A DNA stretch of 53,908 nt from Alphaproteobacteria bacterium (GCA_029978325.1 JAPOJR010000004.1:245-54152), one strand, 5' to 3'. Numbered from the stretch's first letter, positions 8,910 to 19,087 are shown. Notes: generated by a model not told the origin, from the sequence alone. Translations and numbers: made by a program.

Positions 8910-11219
8910 ATGCCGTCCGCACTCAAAACCGTTCCGCACGCCTCGCATTGGGGCGCGTTCACCGCCGTTGTTCGCGATGGCCGTGTCATCGACGCTCTGC
9001 CGATTGCCAACGATCCGGATCCTTCGCCGATGCTGGCGGCGATCCCGGGCATGGTGCATGGGCCGGCGCGGATCGCAGAGCCGATGGTGCGCGAAGGCTG
9101 GCTGAAGCATCGCGACCGCAACCGCGGCGCGGACCGGTTCGTCGCAGTGTCGTGGGACGAGGCGCTGGACCTGGTCGCGGGCGAACTGAAGCGCGTTAAG
9201 GCGGACCACGGCAACGCCTCGATCTTCGCCGGCTCCTATGGCTGGGCGTCCGCCGGGCGGTTCCATCACGCGAAAAGCCAGCTTGGCCGCTTTATGAACA
9301 CTTTCGGTGGCTATACTACCCAGAAATACAACTACAGCTATGCTGCCGCCCTGGCGCTGCTGCCGCATGTTTGCGGCACGGCGCAGCCAAGCGAGGGGCC
9401 GATCAGTTCCTACGAAACCATCGTCGCCGAGACGCGGCAGATGGTGTGCTTCGGTGGCCTGTCGATGAAGAACACGCAGCTCGATTCCGGCGGCCTGGCC
9501 CGGCATGAGAGCGCGGACTGGTTGAAACGTGCGGCGGAGGCGGGCGTGCGCTTTGTCATTGTCAGCCCGATCCGCGACGACGTCCCGCCATTCCTGGATG
9601 CGATGGGGGCGGCCGAATGGCTGCCGATCCGGCCGAATACCGATACTGCGATGATGCTGGCCATGGCCTATGTGCTGGCGAGCGAGGGCTTGGCCGACGA
9701 CGCTTTCCTGGCCAGTCATTGCGTCGGCTGGCCGCAATACCGCGCCTATCTGTTGGGTGAGCGCGACGGCGTGGCCAAAACGCCCGCCTGGGCCGAGGGC
9801 ATCTGCGGCGTGCCGGCGGACCGTATCGCCAGTCTGGCGCGAGAGAGCGCCGGCCTGCGCACCATGTTGTCCGCAGCCTGGTCGCTGCAGCGCGCCGACC
9901 ATGGCGAGCAGCCGTTCTGGGCGTTGGTGGCGCTGGCGGCGGCTGTGGGCCAGATCGGCCTGCCGGGCGGCGGTTTTGGCTTCGGCTATGCCTGCGTCAG
10001 CGGCCAGGGCGTGCCGCGGTCTACGGTATCCATGCCGACTTTGCCGACCTTGAAGAATCCGACCGACAGCTTTATCCCGGTCGCGCGCATTGCCGATATG
10101 CTGCTGTCGCCTGGCGGTGAATACGAGTATGATGGTGAGATACGCACCTATCCGGACGCGCGGCTGGTCTATTGGTGCGGCGGCAATCCGTTTCATCATC
10201 ACCAGGACCTGAACCGGTTGGCCCGCGCTTTCCAGCAGCCGGAATGCGTCGTCGTGCACGAGCCGTTCTGGACCGCAACGGCCCGGCATGCCGATATCGT
10301 CTTGCCGGCGACGACGACGCTGGAGCGCAACGACATTTGCGCCGGCAAGCGCGATCACACCTGGGCAGCCATGCACCAGGCGATCGAGCCCGTCGGCAAT
10401 GCCCGCAACGACCATGCTATTTTCTGCGGGTTGGCGGCGCGCCTAGGCAACCTGGAGGCCTTCACCGAAGGCCGCGACGAAGCTGGCTGGCTGCGCCACA
10501 TGTACCAGGTCGCCGAGGAGAAGGCTGCGGCCCAAGGCGTGACGCTGCCGCCATTCGAGGCATTCTGGGAAACAGGCGAGGTCAACATTCCGACGCCGAC
10601 CAAGCCGTTTGTGCTGTTCGAGGATTTCCGGCTGGACCCCGAAGGCGTGCCCTTGAAGACGCCGTCGGGCAAGTTCGAGATATATTCCGAGACTATTGCG
10701 GGGTTTGGTTACGACGATTGCCCCGGCCACCCGGTCTGGTTCGAGCCACATGAATGGCTTGGTCATGTGCAACAGGTAAGCGAAACGCCGTTGCACCTGA
10801 TCTCAAACCAGCCGCGCACCCGCCTGCATGGCCAGAACGACCCAGAGGGTCCAAGCCGCGCCAGCAAGATCAAAGGCCGCGAGCCGATATGGCTGCACCC
10901 GGAAGATGCCGCCCTGCGCGACGTCACGGATGGCGATATCGTCCGTGTCTTTAACAGCCGCGGCGCTGTTTTGGCCGGCGTGGTGGTAACTGACCGGGTT
11001 ATGCCCGGTGTCGTGCAACTGGCGACCGGCGCCTGGTACGACCCGGCCGAACCAGGCGGCCTCGACAAACACGGCAATCCCAATGTTTTGACCCGAGACC
11101 AGGGCACTTCGCGCCTTGGGCAGGGGCCAAGCAGTCATTCCGCCTTGGTCCAGGTCGAGCGCTATCGTGGCAACCTGCCGCCCATTACGGCCTGGCAGGC
11201 TACGGAGGGGTCTGCATGA
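8910..11219 (+). CDS. molybdopterin-guanine-dinucleotide S/N-oxide reductase (BisC-like, cytoplasmic)
   Basis: ASHWG N-terminus, SYGWAS, NYSYAAA (Ser Mo ligand), GGNPFHHHQD, ADIVLPATT, RLHGQ. No Tat signal and no Fe-S motif. Confidence 0.88.
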   Translation: MPSALKTVPHASHWGAFTAVVRDGRVIDALPIANDPDPSPMLAAIPGMVHGPARIAEPMVREGWLKHRDRNRGADRFVAVSWDEALDLVAGELKRVKADHGNASIFAGSYGWASAGRFHHAKSQLGRFMNTFGGYTTQKYNYSYAAALALLPHVCGTAQPSEGPISSYETIVAETRQMVCFGGLSMKNTQLDSGGLARHESADWLKRAAEAGVRFVIVSPIRDDVPPFLDAMGAAEWLPIRPNTDTAMMLAMAYVLASEGLADDAFLASHCVGWPQYRAYLLGERDGVAKTPAWAEGICGVPADRIASLARESAGLRTMLSAAWSLQRADHGEQPFWALVALAAAVGQIGLPGGGFGFGYACVSGQGVPRSTVSMPTLPTLKNPTDSFIPVARIADMLLSPGGEYEYDGEIRTYPDARLVYWCGGNPFHHHQDLNRLARAFQQPECVVVHEPFWTATARHADIVLPATTTLERNDICAGKRDHTWAAMHQAIEPVGNARNDHAIFCGLAARLGNLEAFTEGRDEAGWLRHMYQVAEEKAAAQGVTLPPFEAFWETGEVNIPTPTKPFVLFEDFRLDPEGVPLKTPSGKFEIYSETIAGFGYDDCPGHPVWFEPHEWLGHVQQVSETPLHLISNQPRTRLHGQNDPEGPSRASKIKGREPIWLHPEDAALRDVTDGDIVRVFNSRGAVLAGVVVTDRVMPGVVQLATGAWYDPAEPGGLDKHGNPNVLTRDQGTSRLGQGPSSHSALVQVERYRGNLPPITAWQATEGSA

Positions 11220-11320
11220 TGGATGGATTGCTGTAACGATTTGATGGCGCAAGATCATAGAGCGGCGACCGTACCTCCTGGGCCCCGGGGCCGCCTTTGT
11301 TCACGATGGAGAGCCCTACC

Positions 11321-11989
11321 ATGCAGTTGATCGTCCGCAAGTTGCTAAGCAAGGAAGAAGTTTCGCAGGTTCGGTCACGGATGGATGCCGCGCCTTTTAT
11401 CGAAGGCGCTTCCCGCGTCGCTGGCGCCGCGGCGTCGGTCAAAAACAATCAGCAAATCCGAGAAGATTCCGATATCTACAAGGAGTTGGTCCCGTATCTG
11501 ATGCGGAAGATTGCCGGCAATTCCCAGGTCACCAACAATTTTTTTCCAAAGACAATTTTGCCGCTGCTTCTGTCTCGGTACGAGGTGGGGCGGTTTTATG
11601 GGCCGCACATGGATGCGCCTTTTTTCCGAAACGGCGATTTGCGCGCAGATGTCTCCATGACCTTGTTTCTCAGCGAGCCAGAGGAATATGGCGGCGGGGA
11701 ATTGACGCTGATGCCGGGTGGCGAAGAAGTCATGATCAAATTGGCGGCAGGGGACGCCTTCTTCTATCCGACAACGGTTCTGCACCGCGTGGCGGAAGTG
11801 ACTTCGGGCGCGCGCGTGGTTGCCGTTACCTGGATGGAAAGCTTTATTCGCAACCCTCAATATCGGGAAATCGCCGCGCAATTGAATCGTGTGCAAGGGG
11901 CGCTTGCAATCCGTCCGGACCTCTCCGAAGAAGCCGATATTTTGCGGGCGGCCTCTTCGAACCTGCTGCGGGATTGGTGGGGGCGTTAG
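11321..11989 (+). CDS. PKHD-type Fe(II)/2-oxoglutarate dioxygenase (PiuC/YbiX-like)
   Basis: VKNNQQ, YGPHMDA (HxD), DVSMTLFLSEPEEYGGGEL, LHRV, RVVAVTW, NLLRDW. RBS GGAGAG at 11308-11313. Confidence 0.85.
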   Translation: MQLIVRKLLSKEEVSQVRSRMDAAPFIEGASRVAGAAASVKNNQQIREDSDIYKELVPYLMRKIAGNSQVTNNFFPKTILPLLLSRYEVGRFYGPHMDAPFFRNGDLRADVSMTLFLSEPEEYGGGELTLMPGGEEVMIKLAAGDAFFYPTTVLHRVAEVTSGARVVAVTWMESFIRNPQYREIAAQLNRVQGALAIRPDLSEEADILRAASSNLLRDWWGR

Positions 11990-12046
11990 AGCGTCGCCCC
12001 CGGTCCTACCGGATCGAAATCTGCTCCAGTAGAGCGCCGCCGCCCG

Positions 12047-13063
12047 CTATTTTACTTTTCGCCCGCTGGTGCGTTGCAGCACGCCTTCGACAAAGGGTGA
12101 GGTCTGGATGTCCTGGAAGCCGGCGGCGGCGAAATAGCCCTCTACATCCGCTGTTGAGTGCGCCAGGCCAGTGCCGTTGACGATGGCCTCCGACAGGCCC
12201 CAGAGCGCCGCGTCCGCCGGGCCGGAGCGGTCGGCGTCCAGCGCCTCGCCGACCAGGTGGAACTCGCCGCCGGGTGCGAGGGCGTCGAAGGTCTTTTTGA
12301 CCACGGCCCGGAACTCGTCCCGCCCGTACATCGGCAGGTTCGAGGCCATGACGGCCACGTCCGCGCCTTGCGGGAAGGCATCCTTGTTGAAGTCGCAGGC
12401 CAGTGCCTCTACCCGGTCGCTAACGCCGTTCTCGGCGATGAACTCCCGCGCCACCTCGGCCACGGAGGCCAGGTCGAGGACAGAGGCTTTCAGATCGGGG
12501 TAGAGTTTTGCGGCCTCGATGCAATACGCGCCGGAACCGCCGCCGATGTCGATCATGTGCTTTTTGCCGGAGAGGTCCACCTGGCGCAGGAACAGCCGTC
12601 CGGCGCCGCGGCCGATGGAGTAGGTGGCGCGGTGATAGCGGCGGGCGTCCTCCACCGTGAACTCGGAGACCTTGACGTTGTCGGCACGAGGCGGCGTCTG
12701 GTTCTGAAGGATTTCGGAGAGGCGGCCCCACTCGTTCCAGTCCGGTTTTGTGAACAGCATCCACTCGCCGGCATAGCCGGGCTGGCCCTGCACCAGGAAG
12801 CGTTCGACGTCCGGCGCGTTCTTCAGCCTGTCGCCGTCGCGCTCGACCAGGCCGAGGCCGACGCAGGCGACGATGATGCGCTCGCCATGCAGGGCCGTGA
12901 CGCCCATGGCCTTGCTCAGGCTTGCCTCGGTGTTGTGGCCTTCGGCGATTTTGGTGAACAGGCCCAGCTCGACGCCGGCCATCAGCGCCGCGCTCTCACG
13001 GTAGGCGCGGACCATGCGTTGCAGGCGGACGGTGGTGGGGCGGGGATTGGTGGCGGCGGTCAT
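12047..13063 (-). CDS. SAM-dependent methyltransferase (Methyltransf_2 type with dimerisation domain)
   Basis: N-terminal AGVELGLF winged-helix dimerisation region, motif I MIDIGGGSG, ACDF, DALAPGG. Confidence 0.85.
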   Translation of the reverse strand: MTAATNPRPTTVRLQRMVRAYRESAALMAGVELGLFTKIAEGHNTEASLSKAMGVTALHGERIIVACVGLGLVERDGDRLKNAPDVERFLVQGQPGYAGEWMLFTKPDWNEWGRLSEILQNQTPPRADNVKVSEFTVEDARRYHRATYSIGRGAGRLFLRQVDLSGKKHMIDIGGGSGAYCIEAAKLYPDLKASVLDLASVAEVAREFIAENGVSDRVEALACDFNKDAFPQGADVAVMASNLPMYGRDEFRAVVKKTFDALAPGGEFHLVGEALDADRSGPADAALWGLSEAIVNGTGLAHSTADVEGYFAAAGFQDIQTSPFVEGVLQRTSGRKVK

Positions 13064-13065
13064 GG

Positions 13066-14259
13066 TCAGGCGTTTCCTTTGGGTCGCATTCCGGGGAGCA
13101 GTAAGATAAGCGCAGCCAGCACATCGAACGCAACAAAGGCGAGCAGGGCGGGTCCATACGCCCCGGTGCCGTCGCGCAGCCATCCGGCCAGCCCGGAGCC
13201 GAAGCCAGCGCCGATGTAGAGGGCGATGTTGGCAAAGCCGTAGACCTTGCCATAGGCCGCCGGTCCGAATGCCTGCCGCAGCAGCAGCGGTGGCAGCATC
13301 ACCACATTGCCGATCACCAGGCCCGCTATGGCACAGCCAAGATAGACCGAGGCCAGACCGCTGGCGCCATAGAGGATGGCGATCCCGGTGCCCTGCAGCA
13401 GGTACGTGGCGGCGGCCAGCCAGGAGACCGGCAGGCGGTTGGTCAGATAGCCGGTGCCGAGCCGTCCGACCGCACCGACGGCCACGCCCAGGCTTATGGC
13501 GTAGGCGGCGTCCGCGGCAGGTAGCAACTCGCTCAAGTACGCCAGTTGGTGGGCCAGATAGCCCACCTGCGCGCCCAGCCCCAGGCCGCCGGCGATGGCG
13601 ATGCGCCAGAACCGGGCGGTCCTGAGAGCATCTCGGGCGGTAAAGCTGGTCTCGGGGGCAATGGCGGCGCGGTGTGCATCGGTGGGCCGGCGCAATACGA
13701 ACAGGGCCAGCGGCACGATGGTCAGGGCGACGAGGGCGCCGATGGCCGTGACTGTGGCCGTAAACCCGAACACGCTGCTGGCGCCAACCATTGCCGGCAC
13801 GCTAATGGCTCCGCCGACGCTGGCGCCGGTCAGGGCGAGCGATAGCGGCAAACCCAGCCGCGGCCCGAACCATGGCACCAGCGAGGCGCTGATGGCCGGC
13901 GTCGCAATCAGCGGGTAGCCGGTCGCAATCAGGGCGTAGACGGCATAGAGCTGCCAGGGCTCGGTCAGATGTCCCATGGCTGCGACGCCGCCGCCGATGG
14001 CCAGACCGCCGTAGGCCACGGCCAGCCGTGTGCCGAACTTGTCCGCGATCCAGCCGAACAACAGCGTCACCGGAATGGCCAGCCAGAAGAACAGGGTAAT
14101 GGCGTTGCCGATCAGGCTGGTGCTCCAGCCATGCTCTGTCTTCAGGGCAGGCAGGTAAACCGTATTGCCATAGAACACCGTGCCCCAGGCCAGCACCGCC
14201 ATCCAGAAACAGACGCCGGTGATGACCCAGGCGTAGGCAGGCGTCTGCCGGGTGGTCAC
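13066..14259 (-). CDS. MFS transporter
   Basis: About 12 TM segments and motif A GWIADKFGTR. 4-bp overlap with the upstream hydrolase. Confidence 0.85.
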   Translation of the reverse strand: MTTRQTPAYAWVITGVCFWMAVLAWGTVFYGNTVYLPALKTEHGWSTSLIGNAITLFFWLAIPVTLLFGWIADKFGTRLAVAYGGLAIGGGVAAMGHLTEPWQLYAVYALIATGYPLIATPAISASLVPWFGPRLGLPLSLALTGASVGGAISVPAMVGASSVFGFTATVTAIGALVALTIVPLALFVLRRPTDAHRAAIAPETSFTARDALRTARFWRIAIAGGLGLGAQVGYLAHQLAYLSELLPAADAAYAISLGVAVGAVGRLGTGYLTNRLPVSWLAAATYLLQGTGIAILYGASGLASVYLGCAIAGLVIGNVVMLPPLLLRQAFGPAAYGKVYGFANIALYIGAGFGSGLAGWLRDGTGAYGPALLAFVAFDVLAALILLLPGMRPKGNA

Positions 14260-15098
14260 GCGGCGAGACCCATCTGCCTAAGCACTGCCGCCCCCAGCTC
14301 CGTCATCGGGTTGGCGAAGGTGTAGAGGATGGAATAGTGGTTGTCGTAGTCCGGCTGGATCGCCGTCACCTCCGACCCGTTCGCACGGCAGGCGGTGGCA
14401 TAGTCACCGGTCTGGCGGATCCACTCCCGCGTCTCGTGGCCGCCAACCGCAACCACCAGCGGCAGGCTGGGCCGCGGCAGGTGCCATAGTGGGCTGACGT
14501 CGGGCACGGTCTCCGGTGTCATCAGCAATTCCTCGCCGCCCGGAACCTGCAGCATCGGCGTCAGGTCGTAGAGGCCGCTGACCATCGTCGCGCCCTTGAT
14601 CGCATCCGCCGGCAGGCCGAGGCTCTCGCAGTCGGTTGCGGCCAACATGGCGCAGAGATGGCCGCCGGCGCTGTGGCCGGAGATAAAAATACGCTCCCGG
14701 TCGAAGCCGAACTCGTCGGCCCGCTGCCAAACCTCGGCCAGGCCGGCGCGGACCTGGCGGATCACCTCGGTCAGCGGCACGGTCGGGCAGAGGTCGTAGT
14801 TCAGCAGCACTGTTGCAGCGCCTGCCTCATGAAACATCGGCACGATCAGCGTGTGGTCGAAACTGTCGAGGAAGCGCCAGAAGCCGCCATGAACGAACAC
14901 CTGCACCGGCGCGTTCGGTCTGGTCGCGGGGAACACGTCCATGCACTGGCCGGGCGTGTCGCCATAGGGCACGCGGAGCTGGCCCTTGAGGGTCGCCCGC
15001 ACCCGCTCGCTATCCAGCGTCCAGTGCGCCTTCCAGACCTCGTGATCGGGCACGGCGGCGCGGGGGTTGTACTGCTGGATCAGTTCGTCGAGGTCCAT
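14256..15098 (-). CDS. alpha/beta hydrolase, arylformamidase/kynurenine formamidase-like
   Basis: QYNPR N-terminus, FVHGGFW, YDLCP, GHSAGGH, SGLYDL, NHYSI. Confidence 0.85.
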   Translation of the reverse strand: MDLDELIQQYNPRAAVPDHEVWKAHWTLDSERVRATLKGQLRVPYGDTPGQCMDVFPATRPNAPVQVFVHGGFWRFLDSFDHTLIVPMFHEAGAATVLLNYDLCPTVPLTEVIRQVRAGLAEVWQRADEFGFDRERIFISGHSAGGHLCAMLAATDCESLGLPADAIKGATMVSGLYDLTPMLQVPGGEELLMTPETVPDVSPLWHLPRPSLPLVVAVGGHETREWIRQTGDYATACRANGSEVTAIQPDYDNHYSILYTFANPMTELGAAVLRQMGLAA

Positions 15099-15166
15099 GG
15101 CGTTTCGGCTCTTCCGGAGATCGTGCTAGGCAATGGCGCGTGAGACTAACCGAGGGACGCCCGCCG

Positions 15167-16183
15167 ATGAACCGCAAATTCGTGCTGAAGACCCGCCCGG
15201 AGACTCTGCCCGGCCCGGAGCACTTCGCCATTGTCGAGGAAGCCCTGCCGCCGCTGGGCGAGGGGCAGGTGCGGTTGCGCCTCGCCTATGCGGCGGTTTC
15301 GCCCTGGCAGGCGCAGCGGTGCAAGGACTTCGCTAACTATGTCGAGCCCTTCGCCATCGGCGAGTTGATCTCCTGCGATATGCTGGGCCAGGTGGTCGAA
15401 AGCCGGGCTGCGGGGTGGGCCAAGGGAGATTTCGCCATGGGCCGGCTCGGCTGGCAGGAATATGCGGATGCTGCGCCGGCGGCGCTCACCCGTGTCGATC
15501 CGCGGCTGGGCGCGGAGACCTGGCTGACGGCGCTGTCCTCGCCGGGGTTATCCGCCTGGTTCGGGTTTGCCGACCACGCGAGGCCGATGCCGGGGGAGAC
15601 CTGCGTCATCACGTCGGCCGCGGGCGCACTCGGCTCATTCGCTGTTCAAGTCGCCAAGGCGGGCGGCATGCGGGTGGTGGGTATTGCCGGCAGTGAGGCG
15701 AAGTGCCGGTTCGTTGCCGAGCAGTTGGGCGCCGATGCTTGCCTCGACCACCGTCTGCCGGACCTGGAAGGCCGTTTGCGTGTCGCTGCCGCCGATGGCG
15801 TGCATGTATTCTATGACACGGTCGGCGGGCCTGCTGCGGATGCGGTGTTCGCCAATATGGCGAAATACGGACGGATCGTGCTGGTCGGGCGGTCCGCCGC
15901 CAACATCAGCGCGGATCCTGGCGCGGATTTTGCGAATATGCGCATGGTCTGGGCCAGAGAATGCACGGTAGAGACCTTCTCCATGTACTCGCTATTGCCA
16001 GAACGCCGGGCTGAGGGGCGCAAACGCATGGCGGCTCTGGTTCAGAGCGGCAGGGTTGTGCCGCAGGTGTCGATGGTCGACGGTTTTGAGAACACGCCGC
16101 AAGCCCTGCACGACGTGCTGGCCGGCCGAATGTTGGGCAAGGCGCTGGTGCGCTATTGGCAACCGGACGGTATCCACAGCTAG
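15167..16183 (+). CDS. NADP-dependent oxidoreductase (CurA/YncB, prostaglandin reductase-like MDR)
   Basis: LKTRP...F, GWQEY, SAAGALGS, VVGIAGSEAKC, YDTVGG, GFENTPQAL...GKALV. Confidence 0.85.
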   Translation: MNRKFVLKTRPETLPGPEHFAIVEEALPPLGEGQVRLRLAYAAVSPWQAQRCKDFANYVEPFAIGELISCDMLGQVVESRAAGWAKGDFAMGRLGWQEYADAAPAALTRVDPRLGAETWLTALSSPGLSAWFGFADHARPMPGETCVITSAAGALGSFAVQVAKAGGMRVVGIAGSEAKCRFVAEQLGADACLDHRLPDLEGRLRVAAADGVHVFYDTVGGPAADAVFANMAKYGRIVLVGRSAANISADPGADFANMRMVWARECTVETFSMYSLLPERRAEGRKRMAALVQSGRVVPQVSMVDGFENTPQALHDVLAGRMLGKALVRYWQPDGIHS

Positions 16184-16232
16184 GGTCAGCTGACCCCTTG
16201 CTCGGACCCGCGAATCCAGGCTTTCTCGGACT

Positions 16233-18140
16233 ATGCAGTCCGATCCGCCCGCCGAGCCGGAGCCCGAAGCGGCCATGCCAGATGGCGACCTTTTCCCAGC
16301 CCCTGCCTTGGATACTCCTACAGCGCCCGCCGGAGACCCGCGGGCGGTGCTGCACGACGTCTTCGGCTATAGCGACTTCCGCCCGGGCCAGGCGCCGGTG
16401 ATCGAGGCAGCACTGGCGGGCGAGCCGGTGCTCGCCATCATGCCGACCGGCGGTGGCAAGTCGCTCTGCTACCAGTTGCCTGCGCTCGTACGTGACGACC
16501 TTTCGGTCGTCGTCTCGCCTCTGATCGCCCTGATGCGCGACCAGGTGGCGAACCTGACGGCGGCGGGCGTGCCTGCGGGCACCGTCAATTCCGGCAACAG
16601 CCCGGAGGAAAACCGCCGGGTGCTGGCGGCGCTCCACAATGGCGAGTTGCGGGTGCTCTACCTCTCGCCGGAACGGCTGCTGTCCGACGACATGCTGGGC
16701 CGGCTGCGCAATCTCAAGCCTGGCCGCATCGCGATTGACGAGGCCCATTGCGTCAGCCAATGGGGTCACGACTTCCGGCCTGACTATCTGCGCCTTTCGG
16801 CTCTTGCCGAGCACCTGCCGGACGTGCCGCGCATGGCGCTGACCGCCACCGCCGACGCGGCCACCCAGCGCGATATTGTCGACAAGCTGTTCAGCGGCCA
16901 GGACGCCAAGGTGTTCATCTCCGGCTTTGACCGGCCAAACATACGGCTGTCGATCCAGCCCAAGGCAAGCGTCAAATCGCAAGTGTTGGCGTTTGTGCGG
17001 CGGCACAAAGGGGCTGCCGGCATCGTCTATTGCCGCTCGCGCAAGCGGGTAGAGGACGCCGCAGCCGCGCTACAGGCGGAGGGTATTCCTGCGCTTGCCT
17101 ATCATGCCGGCATGCCGGCGGAACAGCGCGACGCGAACCAGGACCGGTTTATCGCGGAGGATGGCCTGGTTATGTGCGCCACCATCGCCTTTGGCATGGG
17201 CGTCGATAAGCCGGACATCCGCTTTGTCTGCCACCACGACCTGCCAGGCTCAATCGAGAGCTATTACCAGGAGATCGGCCGCGCCGGCCGCGATGGCGAT
17301 CCGGCAGAGGCATTGCTGCTGTTCGGTACAGACGACATCAAGCTGCGCCGCGACCTGATCGAAAGTTCGGAGAAATCGCCAGAACAGAAGCGCATTGAGC
17401 ATATGCGGCTGAACCAGCTCCTGGCCCTAGTCGAGACTGGCGACTGCCGCCGCCAGGCCCTGCTCGCCTATTTCGGCGAGAGCCGCCATGAACCTTGCGG
17501 TAATTGCGATCGCTGCCTCTCTCCGGTTAAGCGCGAGGATGGCACGATTGCGGCACAGAAATTCCTGTCCGCCATGGTCCGTACCGGTCAGCGCTTTGGT
17601 GCCGAACATCTGATCGCCATCTTGCGCGGTGAGATGACCGAGCGCATCGGCAAGCTCAGTCACGACCGGCTGCCGACATTTGGTGTTGGCAAGGAACACA
17701 CAAAGGCGGAATGGCGCTCGATAGCCCGACAGTTGATGGCTGCTGATGTGATCCGTGCCGACCTGGAGGGTCACGGCAGTCTGGTACCGGGTGAGCATGC
17801 CCGCGCTGTGCTGAAGGGCGAACGCAAGGTGGGTCTGGTGCGCGACCCAAAGGTGGCTACCACCGCCAGATTGCGCCGCGAGGCCGGCATGAACGGCGGA
17901 GACGAGCCGGTGCTCAGCGACGCCGATCAGGCGGTCTACGAGCGGCTGCGCAAGCTGCGGGCACAGATGGCGGCCAAGCGCGGTGTACCGCCCTATGTGA
18001 TTTTCTCTAACCGCACCCTGCGCGAGATGGCGACGGTCCGTCCGGCCGGCCTGGATGCCATGGGCGGCCTTTATGGTGTAGGCGCGCGCAAGTTGGAGGA
18101 GTTCGGACCTGCCTTCCTGAAGGCGTTGGACAGCGACTGA
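16233..18140 (+). CDS. recQ: ATP-dependent DNA helicase RecQ
   Basis: FGYSDFRPGQ, MPTGGGKS, DEAHCVSQWGHDFRP, YYQEIGRAGRDG, Zn-binding CRR...CGNCDRC, RQC domain and one C-terminal HRDC. Alternative start 16275. Confidence 0.96.
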   Translation: MQSDPPAEPEPEAAMPDGDLFPAPALDTPTAPAGDPRAVLHDVFGYSDFRPGQAPVIEAALAGEPVLAIMPTGGGKSLCYQLPALVRDDLSVVVSPLIALMRDQVANLTAAGVPAGTVNSGNSPEENRRVLAALHNGELRVLYLSPERLLSDDMLGRLRNLKPGRIAIDEAHCVSQWGHDFRPDYLRLSALAEHLPDVPRMALTATADAATQRDIVDKLFSGQDAKVFISGFDRPNIRLSIQPKASVKSQVLAFVRRHKGAAGIVYCRSRKRVEDAAAALQAEGIPALAYHAGMPAEQRDANQDRFIAEDGLVMCATIAFGMGVDKPDIRFVCHHDLPGSIESYYQEIGRAGRDGDPAEALLLFGTDDIKLRRDLIESSEKSPEQKRIEHMRLNQLLALVETGDCRRQALLAYFGESRHEPCGNCDRCLSPVKREDGTIAAQKFLSAMVRTGQRFGAEHLIAILRGEMTERIGKLSHDRLPTFGVGKEHTKAEWRSIARQLMAADVIRADLEGHGSLVPGEHARAVLKGERKVGLVRDPKVATTARLRREAGMNGGDEPVLSDADQAVYERLRKLRAQMAAKRGVPPYVIFSNRTLREMATVRPAGLDAMGGLYGVGARKLEEFGPAFLKALDSD

Positions 18141-18230
18141 ATATCCTGGATTGGCCGAAATTGTTGGTTCGCCGTTGCTGCGTATTATGGAAATAATGGA
18201 CATCGTGCTCACGGCGAACTATTGTGGTGC

Positions 18231-19052
18231 ATGAATATTCGAATCAATATCGGTTGCCGCATGGAATACCAACTGCCGCAACCAACACCCATGATCCTGC
18301 TTCTGAACGTACACCATTCCAGGGCAAGTGACCTGGAACGCCCGGATTTGTTGACGACTGCCCCCGCCGTGCCGGTGGAAAGCTATCGGGATAAGTTCGG
18401 AAACTGGTGCAACCGTCTGGTGGCGCCGGCAGGGCATTTTGCCGTTTCAATTGATGGCGTCGTTCGCGACAATGGCCAGAGCGATCCGACGGACTGGTCC
18501 AATCCACAACTAGCTGTTGAGTATCTGCCGCCCGATACGCTCACTTACCTTTTGGGCAGTCGCTATTGCGAAACAGATTCGCTTTCAGATGAGGCTTGGC
18601 GGCTGTTTGGCAATACGGCGCTGGGTTGGGCGCGGGTTACCGCCGTATGCGACTTTGTGCACAATCATATCGCGTTCGACTACCAACAGGCGCGCGCCAC
18701 CCGAACCGCGATGGAAGCGTATCGGGAAGGCGTCGGCGTTTGCCGCGATTACGCGCATCTGGCGATAGCCTTTTGTCGGGCCCTGAACATTCCGGCACGC
18801 TACTGTACGGGATACCTGAGCGATATCGGCCAACCGCCCTCTGACGGTACAATGGACTTCGCCGCCTGGATGGAGGTTTATCTGGGCAATCGCTGGTGGG
18901 TGTTCGACCCGCGCAACAACAACCTGCAATATGGCCGGGTGATGATTGCCTTCGGACGGGACGCCGCCGACGTCCCGTTGGTCCACACCTTCGGCCCGAA
19001 CACGCTGGTGGGGTTCAAAGTCTGGGCTGATCAGGTGCCAGCCTCGCAATAG
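18231..19052 (+). CDS. transglutaminase-like family protein
   Basis: YLLGSRYC, GVCRDYAHL, NIPARYCTGY, FDPRNN, GRDAADVP. Confidence 0.88.
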   Translation: MNIRINIGCRMEYQLPQPTPMILLLNVHHSRASDLERPDLLTTAPAVPVESYRDKFGNWCNRLVAPAGHFAVSIDGVVRDNGQSDPTDWSNPQLAVEYLPPDTLTYLLGSRYCETDSLSDEAWRLFGNTALGWARVTAVCDFVHNHIAFDYQQARATRTAMEAYREGVGVCRDYAHLAIAFCRALNIPARYCTGYLSDIGQPPSDGTMDFAAWMEVYLGNRWWVFDPRNNNLQYGRVMIAFGRDAADVPLVHTFGPNTLVGFKVWADQVPASQ

Positions 19053-19087
19053 CGCTGCTGGCACCTGGCGTTTCGGGCAATCGCGCC

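Noticed and set aside
16233-18140. RecQ as part of an anti-phage defence system
   Set aside because: Canonical housekeeping architecture (helicase, RQC, HRDC) with no defence-type neighbours.
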